Origin: a virus
Strand: one strand, 5' to 3'
IMG/VR virus record: IMGVR_UViG_3300045988_154312
Location: 128,001-192,000 of that record
Length of the DNA stretch: 64,000 bases
The translations under genes were made by a program, and so were the position numbers. The notes beneath the pieces were generated by a model, which saw nothing but the letters and a program-made list of their open reading frames with translations, was not told the DNA's origin and did not search any database. Within the stretch, counting starts at the first letter, position 1. Each line of letters starts with the position of its first letter. Shown piece by piece: positions 1-9,931 of this stretch.

Positions 1-1173
1 TTACCCGACACGATTATAGTCGATCAGCATATTACCGAAAGCGATCATTGGGCTAAAACATTATGCGGTGCCGAAATCGCTTTATATTTCTGCCGAGCTA
101 TCGAACGAGCATTAGGCTATAATTATTATCATACGAATAAATTAATTTATTTGGCAGCTATCGGAGCCATTGCCGACGTAATGCCTATGGCTAGTATTGT
201 TAATCAAGCTATTGTGCAAAAAGGTTTTAAACAAATTAATGAAGGCAATGTACCGAACACACTAAGACAATTCGTTAAGAACATGGGTTCGCCTCGAATG
301 AATAGTGAATTCGTATCGTGGGACTTAGCTCCTCGTCTTAATAGCTGTGCTCGATTATTCGATATTAAATCTTCGATTGAATTATTAGACATTAGTGAAG
401 ATGCAGAAGACGTATGTAATAATGTCGAAGCATACAATAATCAACGTAAAGAGCTAACTAAAGAATATACCGATATTATTAAGAAAGTTTATAACGAAAG
501 TTATGATGAAAACTGTAATATTGCACTAGTTGCTTTAGACTATGCTCCATTAGGCATACTTGGTATACTAGCTGGTAAGTTAGAAGACTATAGCGGATTG
601 CCTTCGTTTGTTGGTATCGACGATCAAGAGCAATTAATTCATGGTTCGGCACGAAGTAATTCATATCCACTAAATGTATTATTAGCTAACGATGAAAATG
701 TATATTCATTTGGTGGACATGCGGCCGCTTGCGGCTTTGCTATTTATAATGACAAAGTCGAAGAATTTAAACAATCGTTAACTGATAAAATTAATGAATT
801 AAATAAACATGCTGTTGTCGAATCAGTTCGTAGCAAACCAGAAGAACTTATTTATTTTACGTTATCTGATTTAACAAAAGAAGCTTATAATTCATTTTAT
901 TTATTAGCATATGATAACGTATCGTTTGAAAAGCCTAAAATCTGTATTAAAGATTTAACGATTATGTCGATAAGCATAAGTAAGAATAACGATAAGAATA
1001 TTAAGTATACGTTATTTGACGGTAAAAAACAAATCGATTTCTGGCACTGGGGCGCTGGAGATCTTGGCTTTAGACAAGGAGACAGGGTTCGTATTATTGG
1101 CGATATAACTAAGAATTTCATGAAGCCTAAGTTATATACATTACGAATCGATAAGATTATCAAGGAGGAATAA
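1..1173 (+). CDS. RecJ-like DHH/DHHA1 phosphoesterase, C-terminal part (gene starts upstream of window)
   Basis: Frame 1 is open from nt 1 (LPDTIIVDQHITESDH...). DHHA1-type GGHAAACGF motif. Stop lies 2 nt before the Pol III alpha gene. Confidence 0.65.
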   Translation, partial: LPDTIIVDQHITESDHWAKTLCGAEIALYFCRAIERALGYNYYHTNKLIYLAAIGAIADVMPMASIVNQAIVQKGFKQINEGNVPNTLRQFVKNMGSPRMNSEFVSWDLAPRLNSCARLFDIKSSIELLDISEDAEDVCNNVEAYNNQRKELTKEYTDIIKKVYNESYDENCNIALVALDYAPLGILGILAGKLEDYSGLPSFVGIDDQEQLIHGSARSNSYPLNVLLANDENVYSFGGHAAACGFAIYNDKVEEFKQSLTDKINELNKHAVVESVRSKPEELIYFTLSDLTKEAYNSFYLLAYDNVSFEKPKICIKDLTIMSISISKNNDKNIKYTLFDGKKQIDFWHWGAGDLGFRQGDRVRIIGDITKNFMKPKLYTLRIDKIIKEE

Positions 1174-1175
1174 TC

Positions 1176-4100
1176 ATGTTTACACATTTACATGTGCATA
1201 CAGCATATAGCTTTTTAGATGGCTATTGTCATATACCTAAGTTAGTCTCGAGAGCAAAAGAACTAGGTATGACAAGCTTAGCAATTACTGACCATAATCA
1301 TATGGGTGGTATTTATGAGTTTCAAAAAGAATGTCAAAAGCAAGGTATTAAACCAATTCTTGGATTCGAAGGTTATCAAACTTGGAATACTGAAGAATTA
1401 GCTAAGGATGTTGATAGTCGTTGGGCTGATGCAACCACCGATGCTTTTCGAGAAGGCGTCGTTACCGAAGAAGAAGCACAAGCTGTTATCACGAAGAAAA
1501 AAGGTTTTAAAGGTATTAAAGAAGTTAAAGAACGTATTAAACCCTTTATGTATGATACTCGCCAATATCATTTAATTTTATTAGCTATGAACCAAACTGG
1601 TCTTAATAATTTAATTAAGCTTCAAAGTGAAGCGGCTAAAGTTTGTACATATAACGGACGATTCTTATTCGATATGGGAATGCTTCGTAAATATAGCGAA
1701 GGTGTTATTTGTACATCGGCTTGTGTTGCTAATATCGTAGCTAAAACTTTTAATAATGGCGATCGACAATTGGCCGAAACTTTATTAAAAGAATATAAAG
1801 ATATTTTTAAAGATCGATTTTATTTAGAAGTGCAACCAAATAATTTTAATGATCAAGTTAACGTTAACAATTTTTATATGGAAATGCACGATAAATATGA
1901 TATTCCTTTAATAGCTACTAGCGATGTACATTATGTATTAAAGTCTGATAATAAAGATCATGACGTATTAGTATCTATCGGTACTGGTACTGATATATAT
2001 AATCCTAATCGAATGAAATACGATCATAATTATTGGCTTAAAAGTGAAGAAGAAATGCAAGCTGGTTTTAAAGATATACTTAATAAAACCGAAACCGATC
2101 GTGAAACAGCTTTAAAAAAATATGCTTTATATCTTGAAGCTATGAATAATACACAAGTTATTGCTGACATGGTCGAAGACGTAGTATTAGGTAGTTCGAC
2201 TCCACTAATGCCTAAACTTCCTAATTCTAATAATACTAAAAAGGAATTACGTGAACTTGCTTATAAAGGCTTGTATGAATTAGCTAAACGATATAAATAT
2301 ATCGCTGATGACATTGTTAATTATGAAAAACGATTGGCTTATGAATTAAATATTATTAACTATAAAAACTTTGCTGATTACATGCTGATCGTTCGTGAAT
2401 TTATTAATTGGGCAGATACTAATAATATCATGACAGGTATGGGTCGTGGATCAGCCGCTGGTAGTCTTGTTTTATGGTGTATTGGTATAACAAAAAATGT
2501 TGATCCTATCAAGTATGATTTATTATTCGGTCGTTTCTTAACCATTGACAGAACAGGACTACCTGATATAGATTCAGATGTGTCGTACTTTGGTCGTGAT
2601 AAAGTTATTGAGCATATTAAAGATTTATACGGCTTTGAGAATGTAGCACATATTGGTACTTATACACAACAAGGTGTTAAATCTGGGTTGAAAGATGTTG
2701 GACGTGCATTAAAAATTCCGTTTGAAAAAATGAATTTATTAAGTAAACAAATTGATGATTTTGAAGAGGTCGTACCACCACAACCTAAGTTTAAAGATTA
2801 CGATGCTTTAAAAGATGGTAACGAAAGTGAAAAATCTTTATATAAAAAATGGCAAAAATTAGAATCTGAAAATAAAGAATTATTTAGATTAGCTCGTAAT
2901 TTTGAAGGTCTTAAACGTAACTTTGGTGTTCATGCTTCTGGTGTACTAGCTATGCCTTGTCGTGTTGACGATTATTTCCCGACACGTACTGATGAAAATG
3001 GTGTTATGATTACATTGTTTACAGGTGTTGAATGTGAAGAATTAGGTACGGCAAAACTCGATATTCTTGGATTAAAAACATTATCGATTATCGAAAAGAC
3101 ACTTGATCATCTTCATAAAGATGTTGATTGGCTATATGATAATTTCGATATCGAAGATAAAAAATTGTATCAAATGTTAGCTTGTGCTAAATCAGATTGT
3201 ATATTCCAATTAGAATCTGATATGTTTAAAAATTATCTCCAAGAAATGAAGCCGACATGTTTCGATGATATATCTGCAACAACGGCATTATTGAGACCCG
3301 GGCCTCTTAGTGCAAATATGCATCATCAATATGCAAAACGCAAACAAGGATTAGAAGAATCAGCTCTTCCTTTACGTGGTATCGATAACATTGTTAGCAA
3401 TACTTACTCAGTGATCCCGTATCAGGAGCAAATGATGATGATATCAAAACAAGTATCTGGTTTTGATGATAACCAAGCAGATTCACTTACTAGGAAAATA
3501 TTTGCCAAAAAACAAGTAGCTAAAATGCCTATGTTAGAACGTTGTCATATTTATGGTAAGAAAAATTGTGAAGGTCCTGAAGGTTGGGAAAATAATAATG
3601 AATTACCTTGGTATGATCCTAAAGGTAAATATGGTCCTGAAATTAAAGGTGCATTAGCTAATGGCTATACTGAAAAAGAAATGAAAGACTATTTTGAATT
3701 AATACAAGGTTTTAGTTCGTATTTGTTCAATAAGAGTCATGCTGTAGCTTATTCATTTACTAGTATGCTAACAACATGGTTAAAATTATATTATCCGGTA
3801 GAATTTTATTCAGCATTCTTATCAATGCAAGCTACCGAAGATTTATTACGTTATATCCCAATTATTAGAAAGGAAGGTATCGATGTCAAAGTTCCGGACA
3901 TCAATATATCTAATCGGGATTTTACTCCTGATGGAAATAATATCCTATTTGGTCTTGGGTCCATCAAAGGTGTTGGTGAAGCTTCTATCCCAGCTATTGT
4001 AGATAATAGACCATATACTTCATTAGAAGATGCATTAGACAAAATAGGCAAAAAAGCCTTTAATAAGCGTGTTGGTGAAGCCTTAATTATGTCGGGTGCT

Positions 4101-4523
4101 TTTAATAATTATAAGACTAATCGTAACGAACTATTAAATGAATTCCATGAAATTCGTAAAGATAAAAAAATCGAACCGTTAGATGTCGACGCTTTTAACG
4201 AAGATATTATTATGGATTATGAAATGCAATCGTTAAGTTGCCCGGTAACATGTACGCCAGAATGGTTTGATTATGAAGATGGGCACGATGTATTTAAAGT
4301 ACCGATTAAGATTACGAAGATCGATGAACGCAAAGATCGTAAAGGCAATCTTATGGCATTTTGCGAAGGCGATGTCGGCGGTGGCGTTATTATCGATCTC
4401 GTTATCTTTAGTTCGATATATTTACAAAATATGGGAATTATTCGAGCAGGACATACTACTTTATTTGATGGTGAAAAACAATCGAACGCTAAATTAAAAG
4501 TTAAAAAAGTAAGCTTGTCTTAA
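1176..4523 (+). CDS. dnaE: DNA polymerase III alpha subunit, DnaE type (PHP domain)
   Basis: N-terminal PHP signature FTHLHVHTAYSFLDG...ITDHNHM. 1115 aa with GVHASGV, LRPGPL and FNKSHAVAYS motifs typical of Pol III alpha. Confidence 0.93.
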   Translation: MFTHLHVHTAYSFLDGYCHIPKLVSRAKELGMTSLAITDHNHMGGIYEFQKECQKQGIKPILGFEGYQTWNTEELAKDVDSRWADATTDAFREGVVTEEEAQAVITKKKGFKGIKEVKERIKPFMYDTRQYHLILLAMNQTGLNNLIKLQSEAAKVCTYNGRFLFDMGMLRKYSEGVICTSACVANIVAKTFNNGDRQLAETLLKEYKDIFKDRFYLEVQPNNFNDQVNVNNFYMEMHDKYDIPLIATSDVHYVLKSDNKDHDVLVSIGTGTDIYNPNRMKYDHNYWLKSEEEMQAGFKDILNKTETDRETALKKYALYLEAMNNTQVIADMVEDVVLGSSTPLMPKLPNSNNTKKELRELAYKGLYELAKRYKYIADDIVNYEKRLAYELNIINYKNFADYMLIVREFINWADTNNIMTGMGRGSAAGSLVLWCIGITKNVDPIKYDLLFGRFLTIDRTGLPDIDSDVSYFGRDKVIEHIKDLYGFENVAHIGTYTQQGVKSGLKDVGRALKIPFEKMNLLSKQIDDFEEVVPPQPKFKDYDALKDGNESEKSLYKKWQKLESENKELFRLARNFEGLKRNFGVHASGVLAMPCRVDDYFPTRTDENGVMITLFTGVECEELGTAKLDILGLKTLSIIEKTLDHLHKDVDWLYDNFDIEDKKLYQMLACAKSDCIFQLESDMFKNYLQEMKPTCFDDISATTALLRPGPLSANMHHQYAKRKQGLEESALPLRGIDNIVSNTYSVIPYQEQMMMISKQVSGFDDNQADSLTRKIFAKKQVAKMPMLERCHIYGKKNCEGPEGWENNNELPWYDPKGKYGPEIKGALANGYTEKEMKDYFELIQGFSSYLFNKSHAVAYSFTSMLTTWLKLYYPVEFYSAFLSMQATEDLLRYIPIIRKEGIDVKVPDINISNRDFTPDGNNILFGLGSIKGVGEASIPAIVDNRPYTSLEDALDKIGKKAFNKRVGEALIMSGAFNNYKTNRNELLNEFHEIRKDKKIEPLDVDAFNEDIIMDYEMQSLSCPVTCTPEWFDYEDGHDVFKVPIKITKIDERKDRKGNLMAFCEGDVGGGVIIDLVIFSSIYLQNMGIIRAGHTTLFDGEKQSNAKLKVKKVSLS

Positions 4524-4541
4524 TGACAAGCTCTTTTTTTT
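4512..4541 (+). terminator. Intrinsic terminator after dnaE
   Basis: Stem agcttgtc/gacaagct with 5-nt loop, followed by a T9 run. Confidence 0.8.
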
Positions 4542-4605
4542 GAATGTAATATAAATTTGTAAATTAGATATTTTTTTGTAAAATTAATGAAAAGGACATT
4601 TAATT

Positions 4606-5349
4606 ATGGCTGATATAAAAGGTAAAGTTCTTGTCGAGAATGGTACTGGCGGTAAAGATTTATTTAACCCTAGCACCACAGCCGACCAAGTCGTATTTAG
4701 CGACGGTGAAACTCTCGAACAGAAATTTAAAAAATGGATTCCAAAGCATGCGATTCTTTCCGATCGTTCCGGTAATTCTGACCGAAGCGATTTGAGTGAA
4801 GATACTCGTAAGTTTATGGGTCATCCTGTCGAAGATTTTTTATTGCGTGATGAATTGTTAACGACATTAACAAAAGCTGCCGATACTAATTGTTGGAAAC
4901 AAAGTGTTAATAGCGTTGCCGATTTGTTTACGACATATCCCGATGCAGTATTAGGTGATATTGCTGCAGTTAATAGTGGCGATACAGCCGGTTCTATTTA
5001 TCGATTTAATGGTACTGACTGGGAGATTTTAGTTAGAAATGGAAAAAGTATTTTACCTAATGCTGTTGTTGATAAAATTAATCAAAGCATTGTTCTTCAA
5101 AAAGTAGAATTTGGTTCTAATAAATGGGTTAAAAATGCTACTGATAATTATCAACTCACGTTAGAATTACCGAATGCCGAAGTCGTTAAAGTCGTAATTT
5201 ACGACGGACAAATTAAAAAAGCTTCGACAATTACTTCTGAAGTAACAGATTCTCAAGTATTATTACGAAGCGTATATCCTGAAAGAGGATATGTTTTATA
5301 TTATAATACTCAAATGAGTAATGTTATTGAACATGGTGACACGGTATGA
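4606..5349 (+). CDS. Putative tail-fibre/structural protein
   Basis: First gene of the fibre block, preceded by AAAGGACAT-N6-ATG. Contains an IYRFNGTDWEIL motif resembling the NG(T)xW motif of downstream fibre and spike proteins. Confidence 0.5.
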   Translation: MADIKGKVLVENGTGGKDLFNPSTTADQVVFSDGETLEQKFKKWIPKHAILSDRSGNSDRSDLSEDTRKFMGHPVEDFLLRDELLTTLTKAADTNCWKQSVNSVADLFTTYPDAVLGDIAAVNSGDTAGSIYRFNGTDWEILVRNGKSILPNAVVDKINQSIVLQKVEFGSNKWVKNATDNYQLTLELPNAEVVKVVIYDGQIKKASTITSEVTDSQVLLRSVYPERGYVLYYNTQMSNVIEHGDTV

Positions 5350-6143
5350 TTCAAAAATTAATTCAGCAAATTGGTTTGCAGAAAATCAATGCTAAGATTA
5401 ATGAATTCGATGCTGAAATTAATAGACTTAAAGAATTATCTGATAATAGACCGACTAAACAAAATATCGGTAGTTATATAGAAAATGCTATGCGAGATAT
5501 TCGTAGCGCTATTAAAAATGCTAAAAATAATTTAGCAGCTGCTATCGAATTAATAAAAAATAAAATTAAGTTATATTATACGAAAGACGAAAGCGACGCT
5601 TTATTTGATCGTATTCAAGACTTAGGTAAATTTTTATTGAAAGATCAAGATATTACGTTATATAAAAATTTAAACGTCGGTAAATCTATCGAATTAAACA
5701 ATACGTCTGGTCCGGTTATTACGTTCCCTGACGGCTCGTTAGAAATTCGTCCCGGTGTTTTAAAAATAACGAATAACGGTAACAACGTATTTGAAATACG
5801 AGATAATGTCGTATATAATAACGGACAAGAAGTCGTTACGGGTATTTCTAGAATTAGCCCAGGTAACTGGATCGAATTGCCTAATAGTCGTAACTTAGGC
5901 GTCGGTCAATCTGTATATTATGGCAACGCTATTAACGACGACGCTAATCAGATGTTAATTCTTATGAAATATACTGATAGAGTCGATAATGATCATATGT
6001 ATATCGATCATATATTAATAGAATTATCATTAGGCATTCAACGATATAACCCATCGTACTGCAATATTAATTTAGCAAATAATTATATTAAGCTAGAATC
6101 TAATAGATGGAACGGTACGATTTATAGAGTATTTTATCGATAA
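5346..6143 (+). CDS. Fibre-like structural protein (paralog family, C-terminus ...VFYR)
   Basis: ATGA overlap with upstream gene. N-terminal coiled-coil region with YYTKDESDALF motif shared with 6156 and 7019 genes. Confidence 0.6.
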   Translation: MIQKLIQQIGLQKINAKINEFDAEINRLKELSDNRPTKQNIGSYIENAMRDIRSAIKNAKNNLAAAIELIKNKIKLYYTKDESDALFDRIQDLGKFLLKDQDITLYKNLNVGKSIELNNTSGPVITFPDGSLEIRPGVLKITNNGNNVFEIRDNVVYNNGQEVVTGISRISPGNWIELPNSRNLGVGQSVYYGNAINDDANQMLILMKYTDRVDNDHMYIDHILIELSLGIQRYNPSYCNINLANNYIKLESNRWNGTIYRVFYR

Positions 6144-6155
6144 GGAGATATATTC

Positions 6156-7022
6156 ATGGAACGAATGAAAGAACAATCTACGTCGGTAAAAGCTACGCAA
6201 GAAATTAATAAAATTATCGATGAATATAATGTATTAGAACAAGAAAATAATACGAATAATATTACGGCTGGTGAATTTATTAATAAGTTTAATACTATTA
6301 ATATGGAATACAATGCAGCCCGTAAAGAAATTAGTAAGTCGTTAGTCGATGAAAAAGCTAGTTGGCTAGAAAAAATAAAGAATTATTTTACGAAATCAGA
6401 AGACGATGCTCGTTATTTAAATAGTTTTAATAAAGATAATTTTATATCGAAAGCTACCGATTGGATTTTAAACCATACATTAACAATGAATAATGCCGTT
6501 ATTAATGCTCATAAAAGTGATAATACACTAATGACAATTAATGGCGTTAAAATTATTATGGACGGCGATTGGCTTAAAATGATTAATCCAGATGGTTCAG
6601 AATTATTTGCTAAGAATATTAATGACGGAACAGAACGCGCATTGAATCGTGATCTATTTAAATTAATAGAACGTAAATATATCCCGGCAACTTGGAACAT
6701 CATAGAGAATAGTCGTGTAGATAATGTAGGCGGTACGATAACATTACCATCTGGTTGGAACGATTTAATCGTTATTGTCGATAATACGACGTCTGATTTT
6801 ACATATTGGGACAAACAAAATGAACATAAGTTAGCTCCGTCATATGTATATATGTGTAGTGCTGAAGTACCGATTAAATTCTTTACGCCATATGCTACAG
6901 CCGGTTTAGAAGTTACTAAAACTTATGTTATGTTAACAGCAAAAACAGGTTGGGTAGGCGAAGATTATGACGGTAATAAAAGTCGTGATTTCGGAAAGAT
7001 CTTGAAGGTGTTGTGGCGATGA
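6156..7022 (+). CDS. Fibre-like structural protein (paralog family, C-terminus ...VLWR)
   Basis: SD AAGGAG. YFTKSEDDARY motif. Architecture parallels its neighbours. Confidence 0.6.
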   Translation: MERMKEQSTSVKATQEINKIIDEYNVLEQENNTNNITAGEFINKFNTINMEYNAARKEISKSLVDEKASWLEKIKNYFTKSEDDARYLNSFNKDNFISKATDWILNHTLTMNNAVINAHKSDNTLMTINGVKIIMDGDWLKMINPDGSELFAKNINDGTERALNRDLFKLIERKYIPATWNIIENSRVDNVGGTITLPSGWNDLIVIVDNTTSDFTYWDKQNEHKLAPSYVYMCSAEVPIKFFTPYATAGLEVTKTYVMLTAKTGWVGEDYDGNKSRDFGKILKVLWR

Positions 7023-7906
7023 TCGAACATTTAAAAAATAAAGTAACGACTTTTTTACAAGTTAAAAAAATAAACGAAATCATAGATTCTCTAATTCAAT
7101 TCGACAAAACTATTTCTAGTAATGCTATTCAAGATTTAATTAATCAATATAATTCTCGTCTCGAGAATATGAAACATTATTTAAACGATAAAGTTTCTGA
7201 AAGTATTGACGATTTAAAAAATTTAGTTAATTCGACATTAGCTAATTATTATACTAAAGATGAATGTAACGATCGATTCGTTAAGCTTAGTGAGTTAAAT
7301 GATTTTATTCGATATGAAAATCCAGAAACTAGCGGTAAGTTAATTATTAATTCTGGAGATAATCCTTGTATTAATTTTACACAAGGATCGATTAGTACAT
7401 TATTTAATATCGACGAATATTCTATCGAAGCATTTCCGTTTGCTATTAAACGTGGAGATAAAACATTATTAGAATTTAATGCATATGGTTTAGTGACTAA
7501 TAAGACTATTATTACGACAAATAATTATCGTAATTATATTAAGCTTCCACAATGGCGTAGCAATCAAGAAATGAATAAAGAAAATTATGATAAATGGAAC
7601 GAAGCTTACGCTTATATATATAATGGTTGGAATTACCAGCCAGTATTTATGTTAGTTCATAATGCATTCTTGCGTGGTTATAAACCATGGAATGATCCTA
7701 ACGATGGTCCACCTTCAAATTTATCTGTATCATTTTTTAACTATTATGCTTGGGATAAAAATCATACGATTATTCAACGTTTAGAACTTAATCCATATGA
7801 TTATAAATTTTATGTAAATGAAATTTATCGTCAAAGAAGAAAACATCATAGTAGTTATAATCATTTATGGTGGAATTGCGGAGAATATACAATAAAATGG
7901 CGTTAG
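7019..7906 (+). CDS. Fibre-like structural protein (paralog family, C-terminus ...IKWR)
   Basis: ATG at 7019 overlaps the upstream TGA (ATGA). YYTKDECNDRF motif. The GTG at 7013 is an alternative start. Confidence 0.6.
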   Translation: MIEHLKNKVTTFLQVKKINEIIDSLIQFDKTISSNAIQDLINQYNSRLENMKHYLNDKVSESIDDLKNLVNSTLANYYTKDECNDRFVKLSELNDFIRYENPETSGKLIINSGDNPCINFTQGSISTLFNIDEYSIEAFPFAIKRGDKTLLEFNAYGLVTNKTIITTNNYRNYIKLPQWRSNQEMNKENYDKWNEAYAYIYNGWNYQPVFMLVHNAFLRGYKPWNDPNDGPPSNLSVSFFNYYAWDKNHTIIQRLELNPYDYKFYVNEIYRQRRKHHSSYNHLWWNCGEYTIKWR

Positions 7907-8412
7907 ATTTAAATACATTAAAAAATAACCTCAACGATTTAATCAATAGAATTAATAATTTAGAATCATCTGCTATTCATATCGATGGTTATTTAACGTC
8001 ACTCGATATTAATGAAATGGCATATTCTACTAACGAAACGATTAAAAATTTAGATGTCGATACGATTATTGTTGATGAGAATATATATATTAACGATAAC
8101 AGTATCGATAACACATCTATTAAGATTAATAAACATGATTTAGTTTTTAATGATACGTTAATATACGATAATAAAAAATTAAAATATGATAACGATATGT
8201 TGTTGCCTAAATTCGAAGAATATACTGGCGACTTAGTTAAAGGCGAATATTATATCGTTATTAAAGATACGATTAATAAACCATATCTTATTAATTATCA
8301 TAGTAAAAATTTTATTTGCAACGATTTTAAAATCGAAAATAATAAAATCATCTGCGATAAACAGTATATGATAAGGAAGCGAGGTAACGCTAATGATTCA
8401 AACATTAAATAA
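7897..8412 (+). CDS. Fibre-associated hypothetical protein
   Basis: In-frame ATG at 7897 (MALDLNTLKNNLNDLINRINNLESS) overlaps the upstream gene end by 10 nt. Confidence 0.5.
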   Translation: MALDLNTLKNNLNDLINRINNLESSAIHIDGYLTSLDINEMAYSTNETIKNLDVDTIIVDENIYINDNSIDNTSIKINKHDLVFNDTLIYDNKKLKYDNDMLLPKFEEYTGDLVKGEYYIVIKDTINKPYLINYHSKNFICNDFKIENNKIICDKQYMIRKRGNANDSNIK

Positions 8413-8920
8413 AGATAACGTTACCTTAATCGATATTCAAAATAAAATATCTGAAATCCAAGATTATCTTGCTGAATCTAAAAACAATATTATCGATCAA
8501 GTCGTCGATCTTTCTTTAGCGAATTATAAATTCCAAGATAATTATCATAAAAAGAATATATCGTCTGATTATAATGTCGACACAGTATCTGTTAATAGTA
8601 TTAGTGGCAATATTAATATCGATGAGAATAAAGTAATGATAGGCGGTAATATTCTCGTCGGTAATTCTTATAATAATAAAGAATTAATGATAGCCCGTGG
8701 TAATTCATATCGATGGAATACATTATCATACAATAATTCGGCAATCAATTTAAATGGCACTATCGAATTATTATTAGTAGTTAGACAAGGAACAAATATA
8801 ATTACGTATTTCGTATTAAATGAAGATGGTCGATATTCTATAAGCGGAATCGACTTCGAAATTCTTGACGATATGCTGTTTATCGATCATTCTAATTTAG
8901 TTGCTATTTATTATCGTTAG
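8393..8920 (+). CDS. Fibre-like structural protein (C-terminus ...IYYR)
   Basis: GAGGTAACGCTAATG start context, identical to that of the 9500 gene. Aromatic-Arg C-terminus as in neighbours. Confidence 0.55.
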   Translation: MIQTLNKDNVTLIDIQNKISEIQDYLAESKNNIIDQVVDLSLANYKFQDNYHKKNISSDYNVDTVSVNSISGNINIDENKVMIGGNILVGNSYNNKELMIARGNSYRWNTLSYNNSAINLNGTIELLLVVRQGTNIITYFVLNEDGRYSISGIDFEILDDMLFIDHSNLVAIYYR

Positions 8921-8933
8921 AGGTATATAATCT

Positions 8934-9494
8934 GTGGAAAATTTATCATTAGATGCATTAAACGAAACGATTATGAATTTGTGTAATGATGTCGATGATA
9001 TCATGACAAAATCAAAAGAAAAAGTTTCGGATTATCTAAAAACTAATGGCGTTACAAGTGGTAATATAACATCAGAGTACATCCTTAAAAACAATACGAT
9101 TGATATATTAAATGTTGATAATTTATTTGTAAAAGATCTACGAATAGGCGGTAAATCTTTTATTAAAAACAATATTATTACTTATGGTAATAATACGTTA
9201 AAATTAAATAACATTTTATTATCAAATGATAAGCAGGTGCTGTTTTCTGACGACACCTGCTTTACTTCTTGTTACGATGGAATTTACTCTGTATATTTAT
9301 TAAAAGGTAAGGCTGAAATTGTCGTATCGGCAATGTATGATAATAAGAATATAGGCGATATTATCATACCGGTATCGTTATTAAAAGAAGGCGAAAATGC
9401 TTTTAAAGGCATTATCGTTATTAAAAATAATGACGAATGCTCTATTATTCCGAACGAAAATAAGCTTACTTTTACTAATGTTATTATGAGGTAA
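8934..9494 (+). CDS. Fibre-like structural protein (C-terminus ...VIMR)
   Basis: GTG start after AGAGG. Similar size and layout to neighbouring fibre paralogs. Confidence 0.5.
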   Translation: MENLSLDALNETIMNLCNDVDDIMTKSKEKVSDYLKTNGVTSGNITSEYILKNNTIDILNVDNLFVKDLRIGGKSFIKNNIITYGNNTLKLNNILLSNDKQVLFSDDTCFTSCYDGIYSVYLLKGKAEIVVSAMYDNKNIGDIIIPVSLLKEGENAFKGIIVIKNNDECSIIPNENKLTFTNVIMR

Positions 9495-9499
9495 CGCTA

Positions 9500-9919
9500 A
9501 TGAAGCAATTTATCGAACAAGCTTCATTAAACGAAACGAGTATTAAGTATCTTGTTTACAAATTAAACGAAGTAATTCGTGTCGTTAATAATAAACCCGA
9601 TATTCATGACTTAGAATATTGGACAGATACGATTAAACAATTTGAACAAGACGGTACGATTAATACTTATACCGATCTTCTTGAAGCTTTAAAAAAGAAG
9701 CCTGATTTTAATCAGGTTAGAGATACGGTACGAGATGAGTTAATTAAATATGTCGATCAAGTTAATCAACGTATTTATCAGCCGACTCTCGATCAACTGT
9801 TACGAGTAATCGGCGATGGTTTGCAAGAATATATTAAACAAAACGTCGACGATTATTTAAATAAAGCAACGAACGATTTGCGTAATCGTTTGTCTACCGA
9901 AATTATTCATTGGAATTAA
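9500..9919 (+). CDS. Hypothetical protein in fibre block
   Basis: ORF with GAGGTAACGCTAATG start context, tightly packed. Confidence 0.55.
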   Translation: MKQFIEQASLNETSIKYLVYKLNEVIRVVNNKPDIHDLEYWTDTIKQFEQDGTINTYTDLLEALKKKPDFNQVRDTVRDELIKYVDQVNQRIYQPTLDQLLRVIGDGLQEYIKQNVDDYLNKATNDLRNRLSTEIIHWN

Positions 9920-9931
9920 GGAGATTTTTGA

